This document shows, piece by piece, positions 28,967 through 39,541 of a stretch of DNA of 64,000 nucleotides (positions within the stretch are counted from its first letter, which is position 1; every line of letters starts with the position of its first letter). Under the pieces are notes generated by a model. That model had not been told where the DNA came from. It searched no databases and saw only the letters and a program-made list of their open reading frames with translations. A program made the translations under genes and the position numbers. Source of the stretch: Candidatus Sumerlaeia bacterium (GTDB taxonomy: Bacteria > Sumerlaeota > Sumerlaeia > SLMS01 > JANRJK01); contig JANRJK010000013.1 of assembly GCA_033764015.1 (NCBI GenBank), positions 1 through 64,000 of the forward strand, read 5' to 3'.

Positions 28967-30042
28967 CCTCGGAACGCAGGCGCAACATCGTGGTGGGGCT
29001 GTTCGTGATGGTGGCCGCGGGCGTGCTGCTCGCCATCACGTTGCTGATCAGGGGCGGCGTCGACGTTCGCCGCACAACGCTGTTCGCCGCGTACGACGAG
29101 GTCGGCGGCCTGGAGGTCGGCTCCGCCGTCATGGTCTCGGGCGTTCGCGCGGGCCGGGTGGTCTCCATCGAGGGCCGCCCCGAAAAGCCCAACATCGTCG
29201 TGAAGTTCCAGGTCGGCAAGGCGCTCCCCGTCTACGCCGACGCCCGCGCCGTGATCGCCCAGCAGGGCTTCATCGGCGACAAGCGGCTCGATGTGCGCCC
29301 CGGCACCGAGGCGGCCGGGCCGGTGCGGGACGGGGCCTTCATCGAGGGCGTCCCGGCTCCCAGCTTGGAAGCCGCCATCGGCCAGGTGAACGACATCGTC
29401 AAGGACCTCGCGGTCACTACCAGGGCGGTCAGCGAACTCGTCTCCAGCGAGCAGAACCGCGCCGCCGTCGAGAAGTCGCTCGCCGACCTCGGACGATCGA
29501 TGGAGGTGGTCGCCCGGCTCCTGGAAGAGAACGAGGAGAACATCGGCGCCATCCTCGCCAACACGCGCGAGGCGACCGCCGAGCTTCCCGGAATGCAGCG
29601 CAAGGCGACCGCCCTCCTCGACTCCGCGACCGCGCGGGTCGACTCCCTCGGCGGCGAGTCGGAGGCGCTCGTGGCCGAGCTGCGCGAGGCGGTCGGCGAC
29701 CTCCGCGCCCGGAGCGCGACGCTCATCAGCTCGCTGGACGAGCGGCAGGCTGCTCTCGGCGAGAGCGCGAACCGCCTCGCCGCAACCGTTGATACCGAGT
29801 TCGCCCGCACCGCCCAGAGCCTCGCGCGCACCAGCGACGCGCTGGAGCGCATCCTCGCCAAGGTGGACCGCGGCGACGGCACCGTCGGCCTTCTCGTGAA
29901 CGATCCCTCCTTGTTCCGCTCCGTCAACGAATCGGTGCAGGCGCTGCGCAACGCGCTGATCGGCCCCAACCGCCGCCTGTTCGACACGCGGCTCGACTAC
30001 GCGCCGGCCGCACCGGAGCCGGGAGCGGCGCCGCTCCCTTGA
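28963..30042 (+). CDS. MCE/MlaD family protein with long helical extension
   Basis: [39 protein letters not shown], then coiled coil ending [15 protein letters not shown]. Confidence 0.9.
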   Translation: MTSERRRNIVVGLFVMVAAGVLLAITLLIRGGVDVRRTTLFAAYDEVGGLEVGSAVMVSGVRAGRVVSIEGRPEKPNIVVKFQVGKALPVYADARAVIAQQGFIGDKRLDVRPGTEAAGPVRDGAFIEGVPAPSLEAAIGQVNDIVKDLAVTTRAVSELVSSEQNRAAVEKSLADLGRSMEVVARLLEENEENIGAILANTREATAELPGMQRKATALLDSATARVDSLGGESEALVAELREAVGDLRARSATLISSLDERQAALGESANRLAATVDTEFARTAQSLARTSDALERILAKVDRGDGTVGLLVNDPSLFRSVNESVQALRNALIGPNRRLFDTRLDYAPAAPEPGAAPLP

Positions 30043-31640
30043 GCGGTGCCACGCAGGAGCCGCGGTGCCCGTCGGTCCGGCAACGGATCGCGCTGTTCCT
30101 GCTCGTCTTCTTCGCGCACACCCTCATCACGCCGGGGCACCTCACCTCGCCGGACGAGGAGCTGATGTTCCGCATGGCGGAGTCGATGGCGCTCCGCGGC
30201 AGCAGCTCGATCCGCCCCATCGAATGGGACGCGGAGCAGGGGCGCCTTCTCGTGCCGCCGGAGGCGACCTTCGCCACGCGGCAGGGCGCGGACGGGCGCT
30301 TCTTCGCCCAGTACCTGCCGCTGCAGCCGCTGCTGAGCGCGCCGCTGGTCTGGGGCGCGCACGCCACGGAGGGGCTCTTCGCCGAATGGTTCGCGGAGGG
30401 AACGTGGCCCTCCATGGCGCACCAGTGGCACACCGGGACGCCCGCGGAGTTCTACCACCGCGCGGTCGTCGCCGCGTTCTTCAACCCGCTCGTCTCCGGC
30501 GCGACCGCGCTGGCGCTCGCCTGGGTCGCGGGTCTTCTCGGGGCCGGCGCGCGGGCGCGGACCGGCACGGCGCTCCTCTGGGCCTTCGCCACCATCGGCT
30601 TCGCCCACGCGCGGACCTACTTCACCGAACCCCTCGCGCAGCTCTTCGCGGTGCTCGCGATCGGCGAACTGCTGCGCTGGCGCCTCGCGCGGCCCGGCGC
30701 GGAGCGGGCGCCGCTGCGCATGGCCGCGTGGCTCTCGCTCGGCGTCTGGGTGCGCGTCGACTTCCCGCTGATCGCCGCCGGGCTGCTCGCGGTGATGGCG
30801 TGGTGGTCGGCGCTCGACGCCCGCGGCGGGAAGGCGGTCCGCACGGCGCTCGTCCCCGTGGCGGTGCCGGCGGCGCTGTCGCTCGCGAGCTTCCTCCTCC
30901 TCCAGAAGTTCCAGTTGTGGCGCCTCGGCGGCATCGACCTGACGGCGGGCTACGGCGACCAGTCGGAGGGCGTGAAGTTCAGCACGCCGCTGCTGATCGG
31001 GCTGCAGGGCCTCCTCTTCTCTCCGGGCAAGGGGCTGCTGTTCTTCTCCCCGGGGCTGCTGCTCGGCGCCTGGGGCTGGCTCCGCGGTGGAGCGGAGGCC
31101 AAGGCGGCCGCGCAGGCCGCGCTGCTCGGCATGCTGCCCTTCTTCCTGGCGATGGCGCTGTGGCAGAACTGGGAGGGCGGATGGTGCTGGGGGCCGCGGC
31201 ACATCGTCCAGGTGCACGCCCCCATCATGCTGGGCGCGGCGTTCCTGCTCCGCGGCCCGCTCGGCGCGGCGAGACGCTTGACTGTGTCAACGATCGCGGC
31301 GGTCGGCCTCGCCGTCCAGCTCTACGGCGCGTGGCAGTCGCCGCTCGAGTTCTTCACCGAGTACTTCAACACCCCCGCGGACGGCGAGTACCTCACGGTC
31401 CCCTACCGCCCCGGCGAGGAGGCGGTGATCGCCGGCGTGAATGTCGTCACCGACGCCACCACGGGGCGCCGGCTCGCGGCGTCGCTCATGCCCGCGCCGC
31501 TCAGCGACTCGCTCTACGTTCCGCAGCACACGCAGTGGGCCGTCTACCCCGCGATGGCGGCGCTCGGCTACAACGACCTCTACTGGTGGCGCCGCCTCTT
31601 TCCGCGCGAGAGCCCGGACCGCTGGGGGCAGCGCCCGTGA
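30039..31640 (+). CDS. GT-C fold membrane glycosyltransferase (phospholipid-carrier dependent)
   Basis: First-loop TSPDE motif, TYFTEP, GLLFSPGKGLLFFSP, W.GGWCWGPRH. Confidence 0.8.
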   Translation: MSGATQEPRCPSVRQRIALFLLVFFAHTLITPGHLTSPDEELMFRMAESMALRGSSSIRPIEWDAEQGRLLVPPEATFATRQGADGRFFAQYLPLQPLLSAPLVWGAHATEGLFAEWFAEGTWPSMAHQWHTGTPAEFYHRAVVAAFFNPLVSGATALALAWVAGLLGAGARARTGTALLWAFATIGFAHARTYFTEPLAQLFAVLAIGELLRWRLARPGAERAPLRMAAWLSLGVWVRVDFPLIAAGLLAVMAWWSALDARGGKAVRTALVPVAVPAALSLASFLLLQKFQLWRLGGIDLTAGYGDQSEGVKFSTPLLIGLQGLLFSPGKGLLFFSPGLLLGAWGWLRGGAEAKAAAQAALLGMLPFFLAMALWQNWEGGWCWGPRHIVQVHAPIMLGAAFLLRGPLGAARRLTVSTIAAVGLAVQLYGAWQSPLEFFTEYFNTPADGEYLTVPYRPGEEAVIAGVNVVTDATTGRRLAASLMPAPLSDSLYVPQHTQWAVYPAMAALGYNDLYWWRRLFPRESPDRWGQRP

Positions 31641-33115
31641 AGGACGCGCTCCGCGCCCCGCTCGCCGTCCTGCTGCTGCTCGCCGCCGCGACGCGGCTGC
31701 CGCTCCTCGGGCTAAACGAGGCGGAATACACGGACGGCATCCTCCAGCTCATCCAGTTCGAGTACCCCACCGGCATCTGGCCACCGCTATACACGGCGCT
31801 GTGCTGGCCGTTCGGCCAGCTCGTCGGGCCGCTCTGGTCCGGGCGCCTCGTCAGCGCGCTCGCGTCGATCCTCTGCGTCATCCCCCTTTACCAGCTCGCG
31901 AAGCGCCACTTCGGCCCCGAGGCGGCCCTGTGGGCGGGAGCGCTCTACATCCTCGCGCCCGCCGCGATCCGCTGGGCTCCGCGGGTGATGACCGAAGCCA
32001 CCTTCAGCCTCTTCTTCTGGTGGTCCATCGAACGCATGGACGCCGCGCTGCGGGCGCCGGACCGCGCGGCGGCGTCGCACGCGTTCGCGGGAGCCGCGCT
32101 CCTCGGGGCGCTCTCGTTCCTCACGCGCCACCAGGGCGTGCTCCTGACTCCGCTTCTCGGGGGCCTCGCGATCGCGCTGTGGCGCCGCGGGCACCTGTCG
32201 TTCCCCGCGGTGGCGGCGTTCGGCGCCTTCGCGCTCAACCCGCTATGGACCGCCTTCAGCGGCACGATCCACGGCGAGCAGTTCGCCGACCGCGCGGGGG
32301 GTGGCTGGCAGCAATCGCTCTATGTCCTCGTCGCCAACGCCGAGCCCTTCCTCCTGCTTTCGCCGTTCTACCTCACGCTCCCAGTCGCCGCGGTCGTGCT
32401 TTACGGCCTGCTGCGGAGGGGGCTCGACGAGGCGCCGCTGCTCGTCGCCGCAACGGCGTTCATCGGCGTCGAGATCCTCGCGCTGCAGGGCCTCTTCAGC
32501 GCGTTCCAGGAGCGCTACCTGCTGCCGTGGTACGGGCTGCTGTTCCTGTTCGGCGGCGCGGGGATGGCGGAGGCGCTCGCGAAGCTCGAGGCGGCGCGGC
32601 GCCCCTTCGCGGCGCGGGTGCTGGCGGGGCTGGTCGTCGGCGCATCCATCATCGTCTCCGCCGTGGTGCTGCTCGGCACGCGGCAGACCTTCGGCGACCT
32701 GCGCCGCGGCACCGACCTCGCCGTGGAACTCACCGGCGGCGGCGGGCGCATCTTCACCAACGAGTTCTACCGCCAGCGCGGCGACTCCCTGATCGCCGCC
32801 ACCAAGGTCGAATTCTTCGCCCGGGGCCGCGAGGTACGCTACCTCGGCCCGGAGTTCTTCGACGGACGAGAGGCGCTCCGCCCCGGCGACGTGCTCGTGC
32901 TGTCGGACCGCTTCTTCCCCGAGTCGGTCATGCCGGAGCTGGAGCGCCGCTACCTGCTCGAGTTCGCGGGCGCGGAGGAGGCTGCGGTCCTGCCGTACTT
33001 CACCGAGATCATGAAGCGCCCCGGCGTGGAGCAGAACCCCGCCGCGTGGATCTTCCGCTACGAGTGGCAGCGGTTCCTCACCACCGTCTACGTGGTGCGC
33101 GGGGCGCGGCGTTGA
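31637..33115 (+). CDS. ArnT/PMT-like (GT39/GT83) GT-C glycosyltransferase
   Basis: EYTDG, WPPLY, GRLVS, VMTEATF, LTRHQG, FQERYLLP. Confidence 0.8.
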   Translation: MKDALRAPLAVLLLLAAATRLPLLGLNEAEYTDGILQLIQFEYPTGIWPPLYTALCWPFGQLVGPLWSGRLVSALASILCVIPLYQLAKRHFGPEAALWAGALYILAPAAIRWAPRVMTEATFSLFFWWSIERMDAALRAPDRAAASHAFAGAALLGALSFLTRHQGVLLTPLLGGLAIALWRRGHLSFPAVAAFGAFALNPLWTAFSGTIHGEQFADRAGGGWQQSLYVLVANAEPFLLLSPFYLTLPVAAVVLYGLLRRGLDEAPLLVAATAFIGVEILALQGLFSAFQERYLLPWYGLLFLFGGAGMAEALAKLEAARRPFAARVLAGLVVGASIIVSAVVLLGTRQTFGDLRRGTDLAVELTGGGGRIFTNEFYRQRGDSLIAATKVEFFARGREVRYLGPEFFDGREALRPGDVLVLSDRFFPESVMPELERRYLLEFAGAEEAAVLPYFTEIMKRPGVEQNPAAWIFRYEWQRFLTTVYVVRGARR

Positions 33116-34803
33116 GCGCGGCCCGGGGCGCGGCCGTGGCGGGAGCCGGGGCGTTCGCGGCCTATGCGCTGACCGCGCCGCGCGACATCCTCTGGGGCGA
33201 CGGCCTCGAGCTGGCCTCGGTGGCGTCGCACTTCGGCGTGGCGCATCCGCCGGGCTATCCGCTCTACGCGCTTCTCGGCGGCGGTTGGTTGACAGTGTCA
33301 GGCGGCGCGCTGCCGCCGTATGCGGCCCTGGCGTTGCTCAACTGCCTGTTCGCCGCATTTGCGGCCGCGCTGCTCGGGCTGCTCGGCGCGTCGCTCTGGG
33401 CCCGCCACCGCGCCCCCGGCACCCCCGGGGCCGCGGGCTGGACCGCCGGCCTGTTGACCGCCGCCGCGGCGCTGCTGCGCTCGTTCTGGGAATCAGGCAC
33501 GATCGTCGAGGTCTACGCGCTCGGAGCCATGCTCGGAGCGGGCTTCCTGCTCGTGCTGGCGGAGGACGGCGCGCGACTTTCCGCGCGGCGCTTCCTCCTC
33601 GCGGGCATCCTGCTCGGTTGCCTCGCGGCGAACCACCTGCCCTCCGTCAGCGTGGCCCTGGTCCTCGCGGCCCGGGCGATCCAGCTTCGCCGCGCCGGAC
33701 GCTCCGCCTGGCCGCCGCTGGCCGCCGCCGCGCTCGCGGTGACGGTGGCGGCGCTGCTCTACGGCACGCTGCTGGTCTCGGCGGGGCGTGAGGGGCGGCG
33801 CATCGCCTGGGGTGGCACGTCGAATCTTCCCGCGCTGCTGGCGCACGCCCGTGGCGGCGAGTACTCCCGCGCGCTGCTCCGCCCCGCGCGGCTCGACCGT
33901 CGCCTGACGGCCCGGGAGTTCGCCCACTTCGCTTCAGCCCGCGCTTGGGAACTCGCGGGCGCCGCTTCCACACAGCTCTCCCGGGCCGCGGTGCCGGGGG
34001 CGATCCTCGCGTCGCTGGTTCTTGGGCTTGGCGCCTCGGCGCTGTGGCCGCGCGACCCGGTGCTGGTGCTCGCGTCCGCCGGCGCGGCCGGCGCGCAGAC
34101 CGCCTTCCTTTTCCTGTACGTCATTCCGGACTTCCAGGACTACCTCCTCGGAATCGTCGTCGCGTCGTCGCCGGTCTGGCTGGCGGGCGCCGCGTCGATG
34201 CTTGACTTAGTCATCGAATGGGCGCGCCGACCCGGACGTCCCATGATTGCGGGAATCGCCGCCGGCGCGCTGGCCGCTTCCACCGCGATCGGCAACGGGT
34301 CGGCCTCCCTCGCGCGAAACGCCGAGCTCGACGCCCGCCCCTGGCTCGACCGTGCGCTCGCGGCGCTCCCGGAGGGCGCCGCGGTCCTGACGCACGGCGA
34401 CGCGGACACCTACGCGCTCTGGTACGCCGCCCTCGCCGAGCGCTCTCGCCCCGACCTGCTCGTGATTGGCACCAACTTCCTCCGCTTCCCCTGGTTCGCC
34501 CGGACGCTGCCGCGGGAGCATCCCGCCGCGGGCGTCGTCCGCTTCGAAGCCGCCGGACCCCCGCTCGGTCCCGGGGCCTTCGCCTCCCTCGTCGAGCGGC
34601 AGGCGATCCGCCCGCTCCTCGGCGCCGGCGACGTCTTCATGATGGAGCCGGACGGCATCGTGGGGCCGATCTGGTTCGAGCGCTTCCGCCCCGAGCCGGT
34701 CGCCGTGCTCTTGACCCCGCAGGAATTGGAAACGCTCCTGTCCGCTGGCCGCGGCGTGCCGCCACCGCGCCTCTTCCGAATCCCCGCCGCAGCCACGCCG
34801 TGA
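33112..34803 (+). CDS. DUF2723 / TMEM260-like GT-C protein
   Basis: WGDGLEL...GVAHPPGYPLYALLG, FWESGTIVEVYAL, ANHL, GDADTYALWY. Confidence 0.88.
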   Translation: MSAARGAAVAGAGAFAAYALTAPRDILWGDGLELASVASHFGVAHPPGYPLYALLGGGWLTVSGGALPPYAALALLNCLFAAFAAALLGLLGASLWARHRAPGTPGAAGWTAGLLTAAAALLRSFWESGTIVEVYALGAMLGAGFLLVLAEDGARLSARRFLLAGILLGCLAANHLPSVSVALVLAARAIQLRRAGRSAWPPLAAAALAVTVAALLYGTLLVSAGREGRRIAWGGTSNLPALLAHARGGEYSRALLRPARLDRRLTAREFAHFASARAWELAGAASTQLSRAAVPGAILASLVLGLGASALWPRDPVLVLASAGAAGAQTAFLFLYVIPDFQDYLLGIVVASSPVWLAGAASMLDLVIEWARRPGRPMIAGIAAGALAASTAIGNGSASLARNAELDARPWLDRALAALPEGAAVLTHGDADTYALWYAALAERSRPDLLVIGTNFLRFPWFARTLPREHPAAGVVRFEAAGPPLGPGAFASLVERQAIRPLLGAGDVFMMEPDGIVGPIWFERFRPEPVAVLLTPQELETLLSAGRGVPPPRLFRIPAAATP

Positions 34804-35495
34804 AAGCCTCCGTCATCGTCCCCGTCTACAACGAGCGCCGCACCGTAGAGGTGCTGCTCGAACGCGTCCGCGCCGTGCCGATCGACAAGGAGATCATCGT
34901 CGTGGACGGCGCCAGCGTTGACGGCACGCGCGAGCTGCTCGAGCGCCAGGCCGAGTTCCCCGAAACGCGCGTGATCTTCCAGACGGAGCGCCGCGGGCGC
35001 GGCAACGCGCTCAAGGAGGGCATCGCCGCCGCGACCGGCGACGTCGTCATCTTCCAGGACGCCGACCTCGAGCTCGATCCGTTCGACTACCCGGCGCTGC
35101 TGGCGCCCATCGAGCGCGGCGAGGCGAACGTCGTCTTCGGATCCCGCTTCCTGCGCGGCAAGCCCGCCATGACCTTCCTCCAGTACTGGGGAAACCAGAC
35201 GATCAACATCTCGGTCAACACGCTCTACGCTCGCGAGTTGAAAGGCACCCGCCTCACCGACGTGGAAACTTGCTACCAGATTTTCCGCCGCGAGTGCTTC
35301 GACGGACTCCGAATCGAGAACAACAATTTCGCCTTCACGGTGGAGCTCACGGTGCGGCTGATCCTCGCCGGCCACCGCATCGTCGAAATCCCCATCAGCT
35401 ACTTCCCGCGCGGCAAGGCGGAGGGGAAGAAGATCTACTGGGGGGACGGCTTCGCGAGCCTCTGGACACTCGCGAAGATCCGCTTCACAGGCTGA
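34800..35495 (+). CDS. GT2 polyprenyl-phosphate sugar synthase (DPM1-like)
   Basis: SVIVPVYNE, VDGASVDGT, FQDADLE, VVFGSRF, LTDVETCY, EGKKIYWGDG. Confidence 0.92.
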   Translation: MKASVIVPVYNERRTVEVLLERVRAVPIDKEIIVVDGASVDGTRELLERQAEFPETRVIFQTERRGRGNALKEGIAAATGDVVIFQDADLELDPFDYPALLAPIERGEANVVFGSRFLRGKPAMTFLQYWGNQTINISVNTLYARELKGTRLTDVETCYQIFRRECFDGLRIENNNFAFTVELTVRLILAGHRIVEIPISYFPRGKAEGKKIYWGDGFASLWTLAKIRFTG

Positions 35496-35499
35496 GCCG

Positions 35500-36315
35500 G
35501 TGGCCGCTGTCACCCCGTTCCAAGCGGTCGTCCTCGGCATAGTCGAGGGTCTGACCGAGTTCCTTCCGGTCTCCTCGACGGGGCACCTGATCGTCGCCGC
35601 GGAATGGCTCCGCCTCGATCCCGCGATCCTCGACACCTACGTGGTGGCGATCCAGTTCGGCGCCGCGCTCGCCGTGGCGGCCTACTACCGCGACCGCATG
35701 CGGCAGCTTCTCGGCGGCGTGCTGCGGCGCGAGCCGGGCGGCCTTCGTCTGCTCAAGCACCTCCTCATCGCGTTCCTTCCCGTGGTGTTCGTGGGCCTGG
35801 CCTTCGACGACTACATCGAGGCGCGCTTCTTCGGCTCCCGACCGGTCGCGTGGGCGCTGATCGTGGGAGGCGTGGCGATGATCGCGGTCGAGCTGTGGCG
35901 CGGACGCGAGCGCGCAGACGACACGGACAGCCTGGACGAGATGACCACGCGCCACGCGCTCGCCGTCGGCGTGGCCCAGTGCTTCTCCCTCTGGCCCGGC
36001 ATGTCGCGCAGCATGAGCACCATCGTCGGCGGGCGCCTCGCGGGCCTTTCGAACCGCACCGCGGCGGACTTCACGTTCCTGCTCGCGCTGCCGGTGCTCA
36101 CCTCGGCGACCGCCTACAAGGTGCTGAAGGGGCGCGAGGCGATCGCCGCCATCGACGGCGCCGCGGAGGCGCTCGTGCTCGGCAACGCGGTCGCCTTCGT
36201 CGTCGGATTCCTCGCGATTTGGGGCTTCATCAAGCTCGTCGGCCGCGTCGGCATGGTGCCGTTCGGCGTGTACCGCATCGTGGTGGGCGTGGCGCTGCTG
36301 CTCCACCTGGATTGA
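35500..36315 (+). CDS. uppP: Undecaprenyl-diphosphate phosphatase
   Basis: [37 protein letters not shown]. Confidence 0.96.
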   Translation: MAAVTPFQAVVLGIVEGLTEFLPVSSTGHLIVAAEWLRLDPAILDTYVVAIQFGAALAVAAYYRDRMRQLLGGVLRREPGGLRLLKHLLIAFLPVVFVGLAFDDYIEARFFGSRPVAWALIVGGVAMIAVELWRGRERADDTDSLDEMTTRHALAVGVAQCFSLWPGMSRSMSTIVGGRLAGLSNRTAADFTFLLALPVLTSATAYKVLKGREAIAAIDGAAEALVLGNAVAFVVGFLAIWGFIKLVGRVGMVPFGVYRIVVGVALLLHLD

Positions 36316-36380
36316 GGGCGGCCCTTGCCCGCCCCCGCGGCGGGGGAAGAGGATACTCCATCTCCTCCGGGATCGATTCC

Positions 36381-37961
36381 ATGGGCACCTTCGACCGCTT
36401 CCGCAAGTACCTCTGCGCCCCCGCCGGCGCTCCGCTCCAGCTCGACATCAGCCGCATGGACTTCGCCGACGGCTTCTTCGACGCCATGGAGCCCGCCATG
36501 CAGTCCGCCTACGCCGCGATGGACGCGCTCGAGGCGGGCGCGATCGCGAACCCGGACGAGAACCGCATGGTCGGCCACTATTGGCTCCGCGCGCCGGAGC
36601 GCTCGCCCGCCCCGGACATCGCGAAGTCCCTCACCGACGACCTCGGCGCGGTGCTCGAATTCGCCGGCGCGGTCCACCGCGGCGAGATCGTTTCCGGTTC
36701 CGGCGCGCCCTTCCAGAACCTCCTCGTGATCGGCATCGGCGGCAGCGCCCTCGGCCCGCAGCTCCTCGCCGACGCGCTCCGCGACCCCGCGGGTGACCGC
36801 CTGCGCCCCTACTTCTTCGACAACACCGACCCGGACGGCATGGCGCGCACGCTGGGCGACATCGGCGCGGGGCTCGACCGCACGCTCTTCGTCGTGATCA
36901 GCAAGTCCGGAAGCACGCCCGAACCCCGCAACGGCATGATCGTCGCCGAGGATGCCTGCCGCCGCGCCGGCATCGACTTCGGGCGCAACGCCGCCGCGGT
37001 CACCGGCGCCGGCAGCCACCTCGACCAGTACGCCCGCCAGCGCCACTTCCTCGCCCGCTTCCCCATGTACGATTTCATCGGCGGCCGCACCAGCCTCTGG
37101 TGCCCCGTCGGCCTGCTCCCCGCCGCGTTGCAAGGACTCGATGTGAAGGAGCTCCTCCGCGGCGCCCGCGAGATGGACGCGCTCACGCGCTCGAAGACGA
37201 CGCGCCAGAACCCCGCCGCGCTGCTCGCCCTCATGTGGCACCACGGCACCGGCGGCGCCGGGAAGAAGGACATGGTCGTGCTCCCCTACGCCGACCGCCT
37301 GCTCCTGTTCTCGCGGTACCTGCAGCAGCTCGTCATGGAGTCGCTCGGCAAGGAGCGCGACCTCGGCGGCGACATCGTCCACCAGGGCATCGCCGTTTAC
37401 GGCAACAAGGGGTCCACGGACCAGCACGCCTACGTGCAGCAGCTCCGCGACGGCGTGCCGAACTTCTTCGCGGTCTTCATCGAGGCGCTCGACAAGGGCC
37501 CCGACACCGTCGAGGTCGAGCCGGGCGTCACCAGCGGCGACTACCTGAACGGCTTCCTGCTCGGAACCCGCGAGGCGCTCCACGAGAACGGCAGGCAATC
37601 GATGACGATCTCGCTGGACCGCGTGGACGCGCACGCGCTCGGGGCGCTGATCGCCATGTTCGAGCGCGCGGTGGGCTTCTACGCCAGCCTCGTCGGGATC
37701 AACGCGTACCACCAGCCCGGAGTCGAGGCGGGGAAGAAGGCCGCCGCCCGCGTGCTCAAGCTGCAGGCAGCCGCCGTCGCCCACCTGCGCGCCAACTCCG
37801 ACAGCCGCTTCGACGCGGACGCGGTCGCATCGGCCATCGGGGCGCCGGACGCCGCGGAAACCGTCTTCCTCGCGCTGCGCCACCTCGCGGCCTGCCGGCG
37901 CGGCGTCTCGCTTGACGCTGACGGCTGCTTCAAGGCTACCGTCGTCGTATCCCAAGCATGA
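36381..37961 (+). CDS. pgi: Glucose-6-phosphate isomerase (cyanobacterial/plastid-like type)
   Basis: [59 protein letters not shown]. Confidence 0.96.
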   Translation: MGTFDRFRKYLCAPAGAPLQLDISRMDFADGFFDAMEPAMQSAYAAMDALEAGAIANPDENRMVGHYWLRAPERSPAPDIAKSLTDDLGAVLEFAGAVHRGEIVSGSGAPFQNLLVIGIGGSALGPQLLADALRDPAGDRLRPYFFDNTDPDGMARTLGDIGAGLDRTLFVVISKSGSTPEPRNGMIVAEDACRRAGIDFGRNAAAVTGAGSHLDQYARQRHFLARFPMYDFIGGRTSLWCPVGLLPAALQGLDVKELLRGAREMDALTRSKTTRQNPAALLALMWHHGTGGAGKKDMVVLPYADRLLLFSRYLQQLVMESLGKERDLGGDIVHQGIAVYGNKGSTDQHAYVQQLRDGVPNFFAVFIEALDKGPDTVEVEPGVTSGDYLNGFLLGTREALHENGRQSMTISLDRVDAHALGALIAMFERAVGFYASLVGINAYHQPGVEAGKKAAARVLKLQAAAVAHLRANSDSRFDADAVASAIGAPDAAETVFLALRHLAACRRGVSLDADGCFKATVVVSQA

Positions 37962-37972
37962 GGTACGACCCC

Positions 37973-38365
37973 ATGTCCTCCGCTTTCCTGCGCGCCTTCG
38001 CGGCCGCATCCACGCTGCTGCTCGCCAGCGGCTGCGTCCTCAAGTCCGGCACGAACCTCGGCGAAGTCGCCAAGGACGCCGGCTTCGACAACGTCACCAC
38101 CGGCGACGGCACCTACGAGAACTACACCGCCGTCAGCCACGAGCGCGCGACCGAGATCGGCCTCGGCCTCGGCGTGTTCACCTTCAAGCTGATGGAGCTG
38201 TATCCCGCCACCACCAACGAGGCGCTCCTCCTCGAAGCCGCCAACAAGACGAAGGAGAAGGGCGCGGAGGCGATGATCAACGTCCACCCGCAGTCCAGCT
38301 ACTTCTTCGGCTTCATCATCGGCGTCTACGTCGATTCGACCAACGGGACTGGCATCGAATTCTAA
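37973..38365 (+). CDS. Hypothetical lipoprotein
   Basis: Lipobox LASG-C; small alpha/beta body (KGAEAMINV...STNGTGIEF) reminiscent of YbjQ/TRL-like folds. Confidence 0.7.
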   Translation: MSSAFLRAFAAASTLLLASGCVLKSGTNLGEVAKDAGFDNVTTGDGTYENYTAVSHERATEIGLGLGVFTFKLMELYPATTNEALLLEAANKTKEKGAEAMINVHPQSSYFFGFIIGVYVDSTNGTGIEF

Positions 38366-38427
38366 TGCCGCGGCCGCGCGGGGGGCGCATCGGCGCCTCC
38401 CGCGCAGCCAACCATCGGACCCCGCGC

Positions 38428-39507
38428 ATGCAACTCCGCCGCCGCCTCGCAGCACTCCTCCTCGCCGCGGCGCTCGCGGCCGCGGCCTCGCCCGCCGCCC
38501 AATCCACCGAGCCCCCCCGCCCGCCCGACCGGCGCGAACTGCTCACCACGCACGGCGTCGATCCCGAGGCGGAAGCGCTCGCGGCCTTCCTCGAAGCGGG
38601 ATTCCCACCCGGATTCACCGTCCCGCCCACCCCTGAACTGAAGACGCAGATCGTCCTCTCCGCGATCCAGGAGGCGGGCATCGGCGGACACCGCGCGCTT
38701 GCTCCGCTGCTGCAGCGCCTGGCCATCGGCGAACCGACCCCCGGCGTCCGCTCCATCCTCGAGCGCGATCTCGAGCGCCAGCCCATCGGCATGCACGACA
38801 CCGTGCGCGCCGGCTTCCTGCGGCTGGTGGTCCGCAACGCCACGGTGTCGCTCGGGCTCCTCGGCGACCCCGCCTCGCGCCCCGCGCTTGAGCAAGTGCT
38901 CGCCGCCGCCGACGAACCGGCCACGCGCTTGGAGGCGGCCATCGCGCTCGCCATGACGGGTAGCGGCGCGGGCCTCTCCTACGTGGTCGAAGCGGCCGCA
39001 TCCGACGACCGCCCCCTCGCCAGCGCCGCGTTCCAAGCCGCCTACTACATCACCGCGCGCAACTACGGCGTCACCTCCGTCACCTCCGACGCACGGCTGG
39101 ACCAGCACCGCGGGCAGCTCCGCGAGTGGGCCGCGTCCGACGCCGCGCGCGGCTTCGCCCCCAGCGCCCCCGACGTCCGCCGCCGCCGTGCCGCGGGCCC
39201 GCCGGCGCCCCCCGCGCCGGAACCCGATACGCTCCGCGCACTCCTGCGCGACACGCGCAACCCCTTCGACCAGCAGCGCCGCATCGCCGCCCGCAACCGC
39301 CTCATCGAACTCCGCGCCGCGTCCCTCGCCGAGTTCCGCGCCCTCGCGCAAGACGTCCTCGAAGACGTCGACATCCGCACCGAGGCCTTGCGATGGTACG
39401 CCTTGGTCGAAAGCCCGCGCGAACTCCGCCGCGCCGCCCGCCGCCTCGCCAAGGACCGCGACGCGGAAGTGGCGCAACTGGCCGAGCGGCTGGCGAAGGG
39501 GGAGTAG
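38428..39507 (+). CDS. Secreted HEAT-repeat protein
   Basis: Signal peptide; HEAT-like units VVRNATVSLGLLGD, TRLEAAIALAMTG, IRTEALRW, DRDAEVAQLA. Confidence 0.7.
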   Translation: MQLRRRLAALLLAAALAAAASPAAQSTEPPRPPDRRELLTTHGVDPEAEALAAFLEAGFPPGFTVPPTPELKTQIVLSAIQEAGIGGHRALAPLLQRLAIGEPTPGVRSILERDLERQPIGMHDTVRAGFLRLVVRNATVSLGLLGDPASRPALEQVLAAADEPATRLEAAIALAMTGSGAGLSYVVEAAASDDRPLASAAFQAAYYITARNYGVTSVTSDARLDQHRGQLREWAASDAARGFAPSAPDVRRRRAAGPPAPPAPEPDTLRALLRDTRNPFDQQRRIAARNRLIELRAASLAEFRALAQDVLEDVDIRTEALRWYALVESPRELRRAARRLAKDRDAEVAQLAERLAKGE

Positions 39508-39541
39508 GGGGCCGGTGACACTCACAGCGGGAGAACAACGA

